Of a stretch of 64,000 bases of DNA, positions 33,297 through 42,933 are shown piece by piece. Position numbers and translations under genes: made by a program. Positions within the stretch are counted from its first letter, which is position 1, and each line of letters starts with the position of its first letter. Source of the stretch: Sedimentisphaerales bacterium. Lineage in GTDB: Bacteria; Planctomycetota; Phycisphaerae; Sedimentisphaerales; SM23-30. The notes under the pieces are model-generated. The model did not search any database, had not been told where the DNA came from, and saw only the letters and a program-made list of their open reading frames with translations. The DNA lies in NCBI GenBank assembly GCA_963663805.2, contig CAXXMR010000018.1:32001-96000 (forward strand), given 5' to 3'.

Positions 33297-34061
33297 CTAA
33301 ACCTCCAGTTCAATCCCGATGGGGCAATGGTCGGAGCCTTCGATGTCGGCGAGAATAAAGGCGTTTTTGACCATTTTTTCCATCTCTCTGCTGACAAAGA
33401 AGTAATCGATACGCCAGCCGATGTTTCTTTCGCGGGCTTTGGTTTTGTAGTCCCACCAGCTGTACTGCTCAGGCTCATCACAGAACATGCGGAACGTATC
33501 AAAAAAGCCAGCCTTGAGAAGTTTGTCAATCCAGGCCCGCTCTTCCGGCAAAAAACCCGTATGCATTTCATTCTCTTTGGGACGTGACAGGTCGATTTCT
33601 TTGTGGGCGGTATTTACATCGCCGCAAATGACCAGATTTTTCTGACTGCGTTTACGTTTTTTTAAATGAGCCAGAAAAGCATCATAAAAATCCATTTTGT
33701 ATTGCAGGCGTTCTTTCGATTGCCCGCCATTGGGGAAATATATGTTATAAAGCTCAAATGTCCCGTAATTAGCGATTTGAATGCGTCCTTCACAATCAAA
33801 CTTTTCGATACCCAGAGCGGTTTTGACGGTTTTGGGTTTGATTCGCGTAAATAACCCCGTACCTGAATACCCCTTACGTACACCTAATTCAAAATAAGTA
33901 TGATAATCTAGAGCGTGAGCGATTTCTTCGGGAATCTGGTTGGCGTGGGCCTTGGTTTCCTGCAAACAAAGGATGTCGGGACGTTCTTTTTCGAGCCATT
34001 CCGTGAACCCTTTACGCTGAATCGCGCGGATTCCGTTGACGTTCCAGGAGATTAAACGCAT
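33297..34061 (-). CDS. xth: Exodeoxyribonuclease III
   Basis: SWNVNGIRA, LQETK, GDVNTAH, GWRIDY and SDHCP motifs. Confidence 0.96.
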   Translation of the reverse strand: MRLISWNVNGIRAIQRKGFTEWLEKERPDILCLQETKAHANQIPEEIAHALDYHTYFELGVRKGYSGTGLFTRIKPKTVKTALGIEKFDCEGRIQIANYGTFELYNIYFPNGGQSKERLQYKMDFYDAFLAHLKKRKRSQKNLVICGDVNTAHKEIDLSRPKENEMHTGFLPEERAWIDKLLKAGFFDTFRMFCDEPEQYSWWDYKTKARERNIGWRIDYFFVSREMEKMVKNAFILADIEGSDHCPIGIELEV

Positions 34062-34070
34062 AGCACTTCC

Positions 34071-34745
34071 TCAGTCAAGGTAGAAACGAGCTTCTACCAT
34101 AAGACAGAGGACATGATAGAAACGCAGTTGGAGTTCCTGAATTTTATAGGTTTCGTTTTCGGGCATTTTCCAGGTGATGTCGGCTTGTCGGGCGAGTTGG
34201 CCGCCGTTACTGCCGGTAAATGCAATAGTTGTCATTTGATAGGCTTTAGCGAGTGTCATCGCGACATTGACATTACCGGCGTTACCGCTGGTGCTGATAC
34301 CCAGAAAAACGCCCGGTTTGATATGAGCGGCAAAAGAGTTTAGCTCCTGAGCGTAAACATATTTCGGGTCACGGTCATTGGCATAAGCACTCGACAGCGA
34401 CCCCGACTCGCCCAGCACCACAACCGGCAGCCCCGCTTCCAGATTATCAATAATCTCGGCACCGTTCTCGATATTCCGCAGATTCGCCCGTAGTTTTTCG
34501 TCTGTGACAGGCCGCTGGGCACAAAAACTTTTCGCCAGCTCACCTTTAATATGAATCGCATCCGCGAAACTGCCCCCGTTTCCGCAAATGTAGAGAACGC
34601 CATGCTCCGCGAAAGTTTCCACCAGGGCATGATAGGCATCGACAAGCCCCGCCAAAGCCCCCTCAAACAAACTCAAATCCAGAGTTTCCTTGAATTCCCG
34701 ATAAACAATCTCCACCGCCGCTGGTAAGTTTTTAACATCAGACAT
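34071..34745 (-). CDS. SIS domain sugar isomerase (GmhA-like)
   Basis: CGNGGSFADA, GISTSGNA and IQE motifs. Confidence 0.85.
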   Translation of the reverse strand: MSDVKNLPAAVEIVYREFKETLDLSLFEGALAGLVDAYHALVETFAEHGVLYICGNGGSFADAIHIKGELAKSFCAQRPVTDEKLRANLRNIENGAEIIDNLEAGLPVVVLGESGSLSSAYANDRDPKYVYAQELNSFAAHIKPGVFLGISTSGNAGNVNVAMTLAKAYQMTTIAFTGSNGGQLARQADITWKMPENETYKIQELQLRFYHVLCLMVEARFYLD

Positions 34746-34803
34746 TTCCAGTATCCCAGAAAATAAGTATAGTGCCTTTTGCCGATAAAATATTTCGTTG
34801 CTG

Positions 34804-35631
34804 TTAAGAAATAATAATCCTCTTCTTCTTAGGCTCTACCGTTTTCTTTCGGACAGTTTTAGGCTTAGAAGATTTCTTACGCATAGCCGGGGCCTTTTTT
34901 GCAGCTACTTTTTCACATTCGGTAACGAGTTTGTGCAGTCCTTCCACTTCTTTTTTGGTTAGAGACCGGAATTTTCCTGGTGCCAGACCTTTAAGGGTAA
35001 GTGAGCCGATTTTGACTCTGGTGAGGTTTTTGACGCTGTGGCCGGTGCGGGATAACATGCGTCTAATCTGGCGGTTACGACCTTCGCGAAGCTGGATTTC
35101 CAGCAGCGAGCGGCGTTTGTTGCGTTCGAGGATTTTTACCCCTTCGATAGTGGCTTTTCCGGTGGGCAGAAATATTCCCTGCTTGAGCTTATCGACGTCG
35201 GGTCCGGTGACGTATCCATCGACCTCGACGACGTAAGTTTTTACTATTCCGAATTTTGGGTGGGTGAGTTGATTGGCGAGTTCTCCGTCGTTAGTTAGCA
35301 GGAGCAGTCCGTGCGAGTCGGTGTCGAGACGACCAACGGGGTAGACTCTCTCTCGAACCCCTTTGAGCATGTCAATGGCGCGAAGTCGGTCTTCGGCTTC
35401 GGCGTTGGTGCAGACGACCTTTTTGGGTTTATTGAGGAGGTAATAGACTTTTTGGGCGAACTGGAGCTTCTTGCCGGAGACGACAATGACATCGTGTTCG
35501 GGGTCGACCAGTACGGGTAGTTTTTTGACTATCCGGCCATTGACTTTAACGTGTCCGTCGAGAATCAACTGCTCGCAATGCCGGCGTGAGTCGACACCGG
35601 CTTCAGCCATAACTTTTTGTAATCTTTCCAC
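34804..35631 (-). CDS. rluB: RsuA/RluB-family pseudouridine synthase
   Basis: ERLQKVMAEAG (S4 domain), YPVGRLD and EGRNRQIRRM; GTG start assumed at 35631. Confidence 0.88.
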   Translation of the reverse strand: MERLQKVMAEAGVDSRRHCEQLILDGHVKVNGRIVKKLPVLVDPEHDVIVVSGKKLQFAQKVYYLLNKPKKVVCTNAEAEDRLRAIDMLKGVRERVYPVGRLDTDSHGLLLLTNDGELANQLTHPKFGIVKTYVVEVDGYVTGPDVDKLKQGIFLPTGKATIEGVKILERNKRRSLLEIQLREGRNRQIRRMLSRTGHSVKNLTRVKIGSLTLKGLAPGKFRSLTKKEVEGLHKLVTECEKVAAKKAPAMRKKSSKPKTVRKKTVEPKKKRIIIS

Positions 35632-35657
35632 TTGTGTTCCTTGAGAAAGGAGTTTTT

Positions 35658-36671
35658 TCAGGCTTTGACCGGCCCGAGGCAGGTTATCATACACTGGCCC
35701 GGTTGGGTGACGTTAATATCGGCCTGTTCGGTTTGAGGCAGCAGTATAGTGTCGCCGGGTACGAAATCGAGCGCGAGTTTGCCGCTGCCGAGTGTGCCGG
35801 CACAATCCAATGCTATCATGAATGTGGTTTGTTCGATGGTGAATTTCCGGATACCTTTGGCCATGGTACTGAGAGCTACGCTAAAGAAGTCGCAGTCTAC
35901 CAGTGGTTTAGCGTCGCCCAGAGCGGCGGCGAGCTGGGCCAGAGGGCCTTTGGGGTTGACGGGGACATTGTGGTCTTCGGCTGGGCCGTAGCCGTTGGTG
36001 TAGTGGATACTGGCCAGAGCTTGCTCGACGTGGAGTTCGCGGGATTTGCCGTTGGCATCGGTGCGATTCCAATCAAAGACCCTGAAGGTGGTATCCGAGG
36101 GTGTCTGGATTTCAGCGACGAGTACCCCGGCACCCAAGGCGTGGATGGTGCCGGCGGGTAGATGGTGGAAGTCACCTTTCTTAACCTCGTGGGCAACGAG
36201 GAGTTGGTCGACGGTTCCGTTTTTGAGGGCCTGAGCGAGCTGGTCGGGGCCGATGTTGGGCTTTAGGCCTTGGTAGATTTTGGCGCCGGGTTTGGCATCC
36301 AGTACGTACCAACATTCGGTTTTGAGGGCGGCGTTGGGGAATAGTTTGCAGGCCTCTTTGTCGGGGTGGACCTGGACTGAGAGTACGTCGTCAGCGTCGA
36401 GGAATTTGATGAATAGACCGAACGGGTCGGCGGCTTGCTCTTGTGTTAACCCTATTTCCTGGAAGTGGTTATCGAGCAGTTCACGCAGATCGAGACCCTG
36501 CCAGGGGCCGTTCTGGACTTTGGTGCGGTTGCCGGGCAGGTCAGAAAGTTCCCAGCTTTCGCCGATTTTGGTGTTGGCGGGGAGGGGTTTGTTATATATT
36601 TTTTTGAGATTGTCGGCGCCCCAGATGCGTTCGTGGAAGACGGGGGCGAATTTCATAGGTGTGAATTTCAC
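35658..36671 (-). CDS. manA: Type I mannose-6-phosphate isomerase
   Basis: IWG, GESWELS, LSVQVHP, KTECWY, AGTIHA and EIQ motifs. Confidence 0.92.
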   Translation of the reverse strand: MKFTPMKFAPVFHERIWGADNLKKIYNKPLPANTKIGESWELSDLPGNRTKVQNGPWQGLDLRELLDNHFQEIGLTQEQAADPFGLFIKFLDADDVLSVQVHPDKEACKLFPNAALKTECWYVLDAKPGAKIYQGLKPNIGPDQLAQALKNGTVDQLLVAHEVKKGDFHHLPAGTIHALGAGVLVAEIQTPSDTTFRVFDWNRTDANGKSRELHVEQALASIHYTNGYGPAEDHNVPVNPKGPLAQLAAALGDAKPLVDCDFFSVALSTMAKGIRKFTIEQTTFMIALDCAGTLGSGKLALDFVPGDTILLPQTEQADINVTQPGQCMITCLGPVKA

Positions 36672-36796
36672 GATAACTATCCTGTTATAAAATTGTTACG
36701 TTTATGTTCCCGTTATTTGGTAACTGGTATCCAAACTACGCATTATAAGTGGTTTGGGCCTGTGGTCGAGTTTTTTTATTCTGTTTTATGCGCATG

Positions 36797-36832
36797 AAAA
36801 ACGCGAACCTGCCTCCTTTGACGGGTCCGCGT
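36797..36832 (-). terminator. Intrinsic terminator
   Basis: ACGCGGACCCGTC-AAAGGA-GGCAGGTTCGCGT followed by TTTT. Confidence 0.7.
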
Positions 36833-37089
36833 AACTCAATTTTCTCGTCCTTTGCTCGGACTCGAATAGACTCTTTCTCTTCTTCGCGGGTGAAGCGCAG
36901 AGATTCTCCGTAGATTATGCCATTCTCAACTGGTTAAGCCTGAAAGGAACGACTGAAACAAATAACTTCATACAACTCTTGCCTGAGATACACTTATAAT
37001 ATGCAACCTGCGCAACAGCCCTTCGATTCCGTTGTCAGATGCAATGCCGTATCAGCTGAGCCGGGCCGAACCCAACTCATCATTGATGA
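36797..37089 (-). ncRNA. Candidate ~290-nt small RNA of unknown family
   Basis: Lies between a sigma70 promoter (37096-37124) and an intrinsic terminator (36797-36832); several hairpins; no long ORF. Confidence 0.5.
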
Positions 37090-37095
37090 TTAAAT

Positions 37096-37124
37096 ATACT
37101 AACCAAAACCCTGGGCAAGGTCAA
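37096..37124 (-). promoter_or_regulatory. Sigma70-type promoter
   Basis: TTGACC-17 nt-TAGTAT on the minus strand. Confidence 0.6.
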
Positions 37125-37228
37125 GAAATTTACCTCAAAAATGTACAAAATGTAACTCGCTGTGACTAATAACCTTAGTGGATAAACCGTCACTGAGTGA
37201 CAGTTTTGTGCCGAAAAAACTGCTGGGC

Positions 37229-38389
37229 TTATCGTCTTTGCAGTTCGCTGATTATTTCACCATAATCTCTAATCAATCCATCGAACACCGCTTCCCAACT
37301 CCGTCCCAGGGCATATTCACGGGCCTGCCTGCCCATTTTCTGCCTCAGTTCTTCGTTTTGGCCCAGTAGTTCAATCTTAGAGCAGAAATCCTGCAAGTCG
37401 TTGATAATAAAACCGTTACTGCCCTGCTCGACCATTTCTTTAGGCCCCATTTTGTTGGTCACGATAACCGGCAGGCCTGAGCTCATCGCTTCCAGCACCA
37501 CATTGCCGAAAGTATCGGTGGTGGAGGGGAACACAAAAAAGTCAGCTGAGGCGTAAGCCCTGCTCAATTCTTCTCCCTTCAATACCCCTGTAAATTCCGC
37601 TTCCGGCAATTGCCCTTTCATTGTCTCCAGGAACGGCCCGTCGCCAACCACTTTCAGTTTAATGTTATTAACTCCCTGGAAAACCTGAGCTAAGACATTC
37701 AGATTTTTCTCGATGGATATTCGGCCCACATAGAGTGCCACGCTGCCTTTGTGGTCCTGACGATGGGTCGGGCTGAACCGTTCGGTATCAACACCCCGCG
37801 TGAATATCCCCACGGGCGGAGCTATCCTGCCCTCCAGCAAGGACTTAGTATGCTCGGAAGGGGCGAGCACTTTCTGGGTCTGGTTATAGTACCACTGCAT
37901 ATAGTTCCAGGTGATATGTTCAGCCCGCAGGTCCGTCCGCTGGGTGGGCAGGCGGAAACGCTGGACAATCTTTTCCACCCGCTGCATGACGTATTCCGGC
38001 AGCGAAGTGTGGTAGGACCCTATAAAAGCCAGTTTGTTCATGCGGGCGATTATCAGGGCGTTCAGGCCCATCGAGCCGGGGGTTGCGGTATGGATAATAT
38101 CGTAGTCCTGTGAACGAAATTCCTTGATGACCCGCACGCGAGGGGTCTTGAAATCGAAGATCATATCGAAGTAGATGTCGATTGGTAAAGCCGGTTTATA
38201 TCTTAAGATACGCACCGAGCCGCATTCTTCGATTTCGTCGTCCTGGTTACTGTTGGTGTAGATATCCAGGTGAATATCCCGCTTTTGGCAATATTCGCTG
38301 AAATTCCTGAAAGTGTGGGCGACGCCATTAATTTCGTCGAACGTATCGGTAAAAAGTGCTATTCGGGGCGGTAAAGTTTTCATGACCAC
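37229..38389 (-). CDS. GT4 glycosyltransferase (PimA/MgtA-like)
   Basis: FTDTF..INGV, YVGRISIEKN and FPSTTDTFGNVVLEAMSSG motifs. Confidence 0.9.
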   Translation of the reverse strand: MVMKTLPPRIALFTDTFDEINGVAHTFRNFSEYCQKRDIHLDIYTNSNQDDEIEECGSVRILRYKPALPIDIYFDMIFDFKTPRVRVIKEFRSQDYDIIHTATPGSMGLNALIIARMNKLAFIGSYHTSLPEYVMQRVEKIVQRFRLPTQRTDLRAEHITWNYMQWYYNQTQKVLAPSEHTKSLLEGRIAPPVGIFTRGVDTERFSPTHRQDHKGSVALYVGRISIEKNLNVLAQVFQGVNNIKLKVVGDGPFLETMKGQLPEAEFTGVLKGEELSRAYASADFFVFPSTTDTFGNVVLEAMSSGLPVIVTNKMGPKEMVEQGSNGFIINDLQDFCSKIELLGQNEELRQKMGRQAREYALGRSWEAVFDGLIRDYGEIISELQRR

Positions 38390-38495
38390 AGATTAAAATC
38401 TAATCCCCCACGTCGCAATAGAAATCTTCCAAGCTACGGTGAGTTATTTCATATTGGTAAAAATGCGGCAATCCCTTGTTTTTTTTGCGAATTAA

Positions 38496-40480
38496 CCCCA
38501 ATTTCTCACTTAGCGGTCAAAACCGTCAAAAATAAAAATATTTTCTGTGATTTTGAGTTGTAAGCGGCGATTTTAGTTCGATATTGGCTCTGGTACAGAC
38601 CTGCCCTATTGCCAGGTGTTTTTCAGCCGCGATAATATGTGCATGTACCTGAAGAAGCACAAGCGAAAGAAGAACGGCAAGTACAACACCTACTACAGCA
38701 TAGCTGAGAAGCGTAAAGTCTCGCGCGGTCGTTATGTGGAGAAGATGGTTCTGTATCTCGGGGAGATTTCCGATTCGCAAAAGAAGTCCTGGGAAAAGTC
38801 TATTGAGATAATCAACGAGGATAACCAGCCTGTCCGCAAATCATTGTTTGCTTATGACCAGGATAATCATGCCCACCATGATGTCGATACCATTGCCGTG
38901 AAATTATCAAAGATGCGGCTGGAAAACCCCCGAACATTTGGTGACTGTTGGCTGGGCTGTGAGATATGGGATACTCTTGGGCTGGATAAATTCTGGTCCG
39001 CTCGTATAGACACCGAAAGATCTTCGGTGGAGTATTCCAAAGTCGTTAAATTATTGACGGTAAATCGTCTTATCAAACCCGGCGCGGAGTTTTATGTTCA
39101 TCAGCACTGGTTTACTCAAACCGCAATGGATGTATTGCTGGACTGTGATTTTGAGGTTGCCGAAAAGAACCGGCTTTACCGCTGCCTGGACAGGATATTG
39201 CCCTACAAAGAGGAGCTTTGCTCTTATCTGAAAGATACCTGGCAGATGATGTTCAATCTGGAATACGATATTTTGCTTTACGATATCACCAGTACGTATT
39301 TTGAGGGATTATGCAAACAGAATCCTAAAGCCAAATTTGGTCATAGCAAAGATCGCAGAAGTGATTGTCGGCAGATTCTGATAGCTTTGGTAGTTACGCC
39401 CGATGGCTTTCCGATTAATTATGAAATCTGGGCGGGTAATACCTCGGAGAAAACCACGCTAAAGCCGTTATTGAACAAGATAGAGTCAAAATACGGCCAA
39501 GTCGGCAGGGTTTGGCTGATGGACCGGGGTATCCCCACAGAAGCGGTACTTGAGCACATGCGTGATAATGACATTGGTTACCTTGTTGGTACTCCTCGTA
39601 AATTACTGGATGAATTCTCAAAAGAACTCTCGGTGAAAAACTGGCATGATGTAAATGACAGTGTTCGCATAAAGCATATCGAAAAAGATGGTGAATGTTA
39701 TGTTCTAGCCCGCAGCAAAGAGCGGATGGCTAAAGAACGGGCTATGCGTAAGCGCAAGCTGCGTGACTATCTGGAAGGTCTGGAGAAGCTGAAGAAATAT
39801 CGTGATTACGCCCGTTTTATGCAAAGGCTGGGCAAACTCAAACATCATGCTGGCAGTTCGTATAAATGCGTTACTCTTACAATTCCAAAACCAAAGGAAA
39901 GAATTGAGGAAGGTGAGTTTGATTATAAATTCGATAGGAACAAATACCGAGAAATGATTTATCGTGACGGCACATACTTTTTGCGTACCAATCAAACCGG
40001 AAAGAATGGCATAGAGCTTTGGCAGGAGTATATGCTGCAATGTAATGTAGAACAAGCGTTCCGGGAGCTCAAAAGCGATCTGGGTGTTCGGCCGGTCTAT
40101 CACCATAAAGAAGACCGGGTCGATGCTCACGTGTTTGTAGCGTTTATGAGCTATTGTCTGCAAGTGACCTTGAGACACAGACTGCGGGCCAGTGCCTGCG
40201 GGATAACCAGCCAGGCCGTTTTGGAAACAATGTCACGAATCCAGATGCTCGATGTGTCCTTTGAAACCCAGGACGGCAGGACTCTGCTGATGCAGAGATA
40301 TACCGAGCCCGATGGCGATCAGAAATTGCTGCTATACCATTTGAAGATGGAAATGCCGCCGCAAAAGCCACCGAAAATATACAGCGGTCAGCTCAAAAAA
40401 TAACACCACTGTTGGCGACAGACCAACAGCCCTGAAGGAGCCAAAAATCCACTTTTTACCCCTTAAGTGAGAAATTGGGG
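38496..40480 (+). mobile_element. IS1634-family insertion sequence
   Basis: Perfect 17-bp terminal IR CCCCAATTTCTCACTTA (38496-38512 and 40464-40480), flanked on both sides by TTAA; encloses a transposase gene. Confidence 0.92.
38643..40403 (+). CDS. IS1634 family DDE transposase
   Basis: LYDITSTYFEG, FGHSKDRRSDCRQ, MDRG and VEQAFRELKSDLGVRPVYH motifs. Confidence 0.95.
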   Translation: MYLKKHKRKKNGKYNTYYSIAEKRKVSRGRYVEKMVLYLGEISDSQKKSWEKSIEIINEDNQPVRKSLFAYDQDNHAHHDVDTIAVKLSKMRLENPRTFGDCWLGCEIWDTLGLDKFWSARIDTERSSVEYSKVVKLLTVNRLIKPGAEFYVHQHWFTQTAMDVLLDCDFEVAEKNRLYRCLDRILPYKEELCSYLKDTWQMMFNLEYDILLYDITSTYFEGLCKQNPKAKFGHSKDRRSDCRQILIALVVTPDGFPINYEIWAGNTSEKTTLKPLLNKIESKYGQVGRVWLMDRGIPTEAVLEHMRDNDIGYLVGTPRKLLDEFSKELSVKNWHDVNDSVRIKHIEKDGECYVLARSKERMAKERAMRKRKLRDYLEGLEKLKKYRDYARFMQRLGKLKHHAGSSYKCVTLTIPKPKERIEEGEFDYKFDRNKYREMIYRDGTYFLRTNQTGKNGIELWQEYMLQCNVEQAFRELKSDLGVRPVYHHKEDRVDAHVFVAFMSYCLQVTLRHRLRASACGITSQAVLETMSRIQMLDVSFETQDGRTLLMQRYTEPDGDQKLLLYHLKMEMPPQKPPKIYSGQLKK

Positions 40481-40533
40481 TTAAGTTTTTTTGAACGGCA
40501 GGCGTAAGTAGACGAAAACCCGGAAATATCAAC

Positions 40534-40580
40534 AAAAAAAGAACGGGCGACTTGTGCTGTACCACAAACCGTCCGTTCTT
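40534..40580 (-). terminator. leu operon terminator
   Basis: GAACGGACG..TTGTG/CACAA..CGCCCGTTC stem followed by T7 on the minus strand. Confidence 0.75.
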
Positions 40581-40605
40581 GTCGAGCAGCCTGAGTTTAG
40601 GTTTC

Positions 40606-41694
40606 TCAGGAATCAGCCACTTTCTGGGCGACCATATCACCAACTTCGCTGGTGCTGTAGCCCATCTTGCCGGCGGCCATGCTCTTGAGCTTATTGGCCG
40701 TGACAAACTTAACCGCGTCTTCTACTGCGGTTGCGGCTTCTGCTTCTCCAAGTTCCTGCAGCATCATCGCCATGGCACATACCGCTGCCAGGGGATTGAT
40801 AACGCCCATACCGGTGTACTTCGGTGCCGAGCCGCCGATAGGCTCAAACATACTCACGCCACCCGGATCAGGGTTGATGTTACCGCCGGCTGCCAGACCC
40901 ATACCGCCCTGAGTGATAGCGCCCAGGTCGGTTATGATATCGCCGAACATATTGCCGGTTACCAGTACATCGAACCATTCCGGGCTCTTTACCATCCACA
41001 TACAGGTCGCGTCAACGTGGTAGTAATCGCGACGAATATCGGAATATTCTTTTTCGCCCATTTCGTGGAAAGCACGTTCCCAAAGGTCGTAGAGGAAGGT
41101 CAGTACGTTGGTTTTACCGACCAGCCCTAACGTGTTTTCTTTACCGACGCCGCGTGCTTTCTTGCCGAACTTTTGGGCATAGTCGAAAGCGTATTTCAGG
41201 CAGCGGTCAACCTGGAACCGGCTGTAAACGGCCGATTGAACCGCGACTTCGTGAGCAGTGCCCTTCATGGTCACGCCGCCGGTTCCGGTGTAGGCATCAC
41301 CGGAATTTTCACGAACTACCACATAATCAATCTCTGCCGGCCCTTTACCCTTCAGAGGGGTCTCCACGCCGGGATAAAGGCGTACCGGACGAAGATTGAT
41401 ATATTGATCCATTTCAAAGCGGGCCTTGAGCAGAATGCCTTTTTCCAGAATGCCAGGTGCGACATCCGGATGGCCGATAGCGCCCAGCAGAATAGCGTCA
41501 TGCTGCATGAGGTCTTTAACGCCGCTGTCCGGCAGAGTCTCGCCGGTTTTCATATAGCGTTCACCACCGAAATCAAAGTCGGTTGTTTCGTATTTGAAGC
41601 CGAATTTCTGAGCCGCTACTTTCATAACTTTTACGGCCTCGGCGGTTACTTCCGGTCCGGTCCCGTCGCCGCCCATTACTGCGATTTTATGCAC
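40606..41694 (-). CDS. leuB: 3-isopropylmalate dehydrogenase
   Basis: GDGTGPEV, NLRP, VRENS, NMFGDIITD and FEPIGGSAP motifs; leu cluster context. Confidence 0.95.
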   Translation of the reverse strand: MHKIAVMGGDGTGPEVTAEAVKVMKVAAQKFGFKYETTDFDFGGERYMKTGETLPDSGVKDLMQHDAILLGAIGHPDVAPGILEKGILLKARFEMDQYINLRPVRLYPGVETPLKGKGPAEIDYVVVRENSGDAYTGTGGVTMKGTAHEVAVQSAVYSRFQVDRCLKYAFDYAQKFGKKARGVGKENTLGLVGKTNVLTFLYDLWERAFHEMGEKEYSDIRRDYYHVDATCMWMVKSPEWFDVLVTGNMFGDIITDLGAITQGGMGLAAGGNINPDPGGVSMFEPIGGSAPKYTGMGVINPLAAVCAMAMMLQELGEAEAATAVEDAVKFVTANKLKSMAAGKMGYSTSEVGDMVAQKVADS

Positions 41695-41845
41695 TTTTTA
41701 ATCCTTTCATTGTCTAAAAAATAACCAATATTCCTGTTTTGTTTCCAGCAGGGCCAACATTTGCCCTGAAACACTTCGTTAGCCTTAAAAATCCGCGTCA
41801 ATCCGCGTAATCCGCGGTTAAAATTTCTGACTGTTGTCCCTGAAA

Positions 41846-42331
41846 TTACCGTTGTTCCGCCGCCAGCTTATTCAGCAATCCGCCCTGAGCGATAATATCC
41901 AGCGCGAAGTCCGGCAGGGGGGTAAAGTTGTATGTCTCGCCTTTGGTCTTGTTGGTGAGTTTACCGCCTTTGGCATCGATTTCCAGGTCGTCGCCGTCGT
42001 TAATCATTTCGGTTACGCCCGGCAGTTCGACCACCAGAAAACCGCAGTCGATACAGTTACGGTAGAAAATCCGCGCGAACGAAGAAGCGATTACCGCTGA
42101 GACTTTAGCCCCGCGAATCGCCCAGACCGCGTGCTCGCGTGAGCTGCCGCAGCCAAAGTCGTCACCCGCGACAATAATATCGCCGGCCTGAACCTTACTA
42201 ACAAATTCCGTATCGAGGTCTTCCAGGCAATGTCTGGCCAACTCAGCTTCACTGTCAGTATTCAGGTAACGGGCCGGAATAATCTCATCCGTATTAACAT
42301 TGTCTTTCTTATAAACATGTGCTCTTGCCAT
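41846..42331 (-). CDS. leuD: 3-isopropylmalate dehydratase small subunit
   Basis: [23 protein letters not shown] and SFARIFYRN motifs. Confidence 0.96.
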   Translation of the reverse strand: MARAHVYKKDNVNTDEIIPARYLNTDSEAELARHCLEDLDTEFVSKVQAGDIIVAGDDFGCGSSREHAVWAIRGAKVSAVIASSFARIFYRNCIDCGFLVVELPGVTEMINDGDDLEIDAKGGKLTNKTKGETYNFTPLPDFALDIIAQGGLLNKLAAEQR

Positions 42332-42393
42332 GATATTCCTTTCAAAATATTGTTATTAAGCCGCGGATTACACAGATTACGCGGATTAAAAGA

Positions 42394-42780
42394 TTATTTT
42401 TGGGAAAGAATCAATCTTTTAAATTCTAATGACCTTGCTCCAAAGTTAATCAGTAAACCTATTTCCATGTTCGTCGATTTAATGTAATTGATAACCTGTG
42501 CCATTTCGTAATCACCAAACTTTTTAATAGCTTTAAGCTCAACAATTATTTTGTTATCGACTACCATATCTGCGATAAAATTTTTGATTATTTCGCCTTT
42601 ATAATAAACATCTATCGGTTTTTGACGCTCATACGCTATTTCTCTAATTTGAAACTCTATAGCCAATGCCTCTTCATAAACACTCTCAAGAAAACCATGG
42701 CCAAGAACTTTGTGAACTTCCATCGCGGCGCCAATAATTTCGCCCGTTACGTCTGAATGTTTAAGTTCTTCTACGCTCAA
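42394..42780 (-). CDS. GxxExxY protein (PD-(D/E)XK nuclease-like)
   Basis: LGHGFLESVYEEAL, ADMVVDNKIIVELKA and GLLINFG motifs; visibly AT-rich compared with the leu genes. Confidence 0.93.
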   Translation of the reverse strand: MSVEELKHSDVTGEIIGAAMEVHKVLGHGFLESVYEEALAIEFQIREIAYERQKPIDVYYKGEIIKNFIADMVVDNKIIVELKAIKKFGDYEMAQVINYIKSTNMEIGLLINFGARSLEFKRLILSQK

Positions 42781-42933
42781 AATTTTTTTCCGTTAATTCG
42801 TTTCCGTTAAAACCCGCGAAATCCGTGTAATCCGCGGCTCGCCTTTCTTAATCCGTTTCCGTTAAAAATCCGCGTCAATCCGCGTAATCCGCGGTTAAAA
42901 ATTCTTCTGTCCAGTCTCCGCGGACTTAAATTC

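Noticed and set aside
36797..37089. tmRNA, RNase P RNA or SRP RNA
   Set aside because: It lacks tRNA-like ends and a tag peptide, the GAGGAAAGUCC motif, and the SRP domain IV motif.
41785..42900. CRISPR array suggested by identical 39-bp repeats
   Set aside because: Copies are separated by whole genes, occur in both orientations, lack regular spacers, and no cas genes are present.
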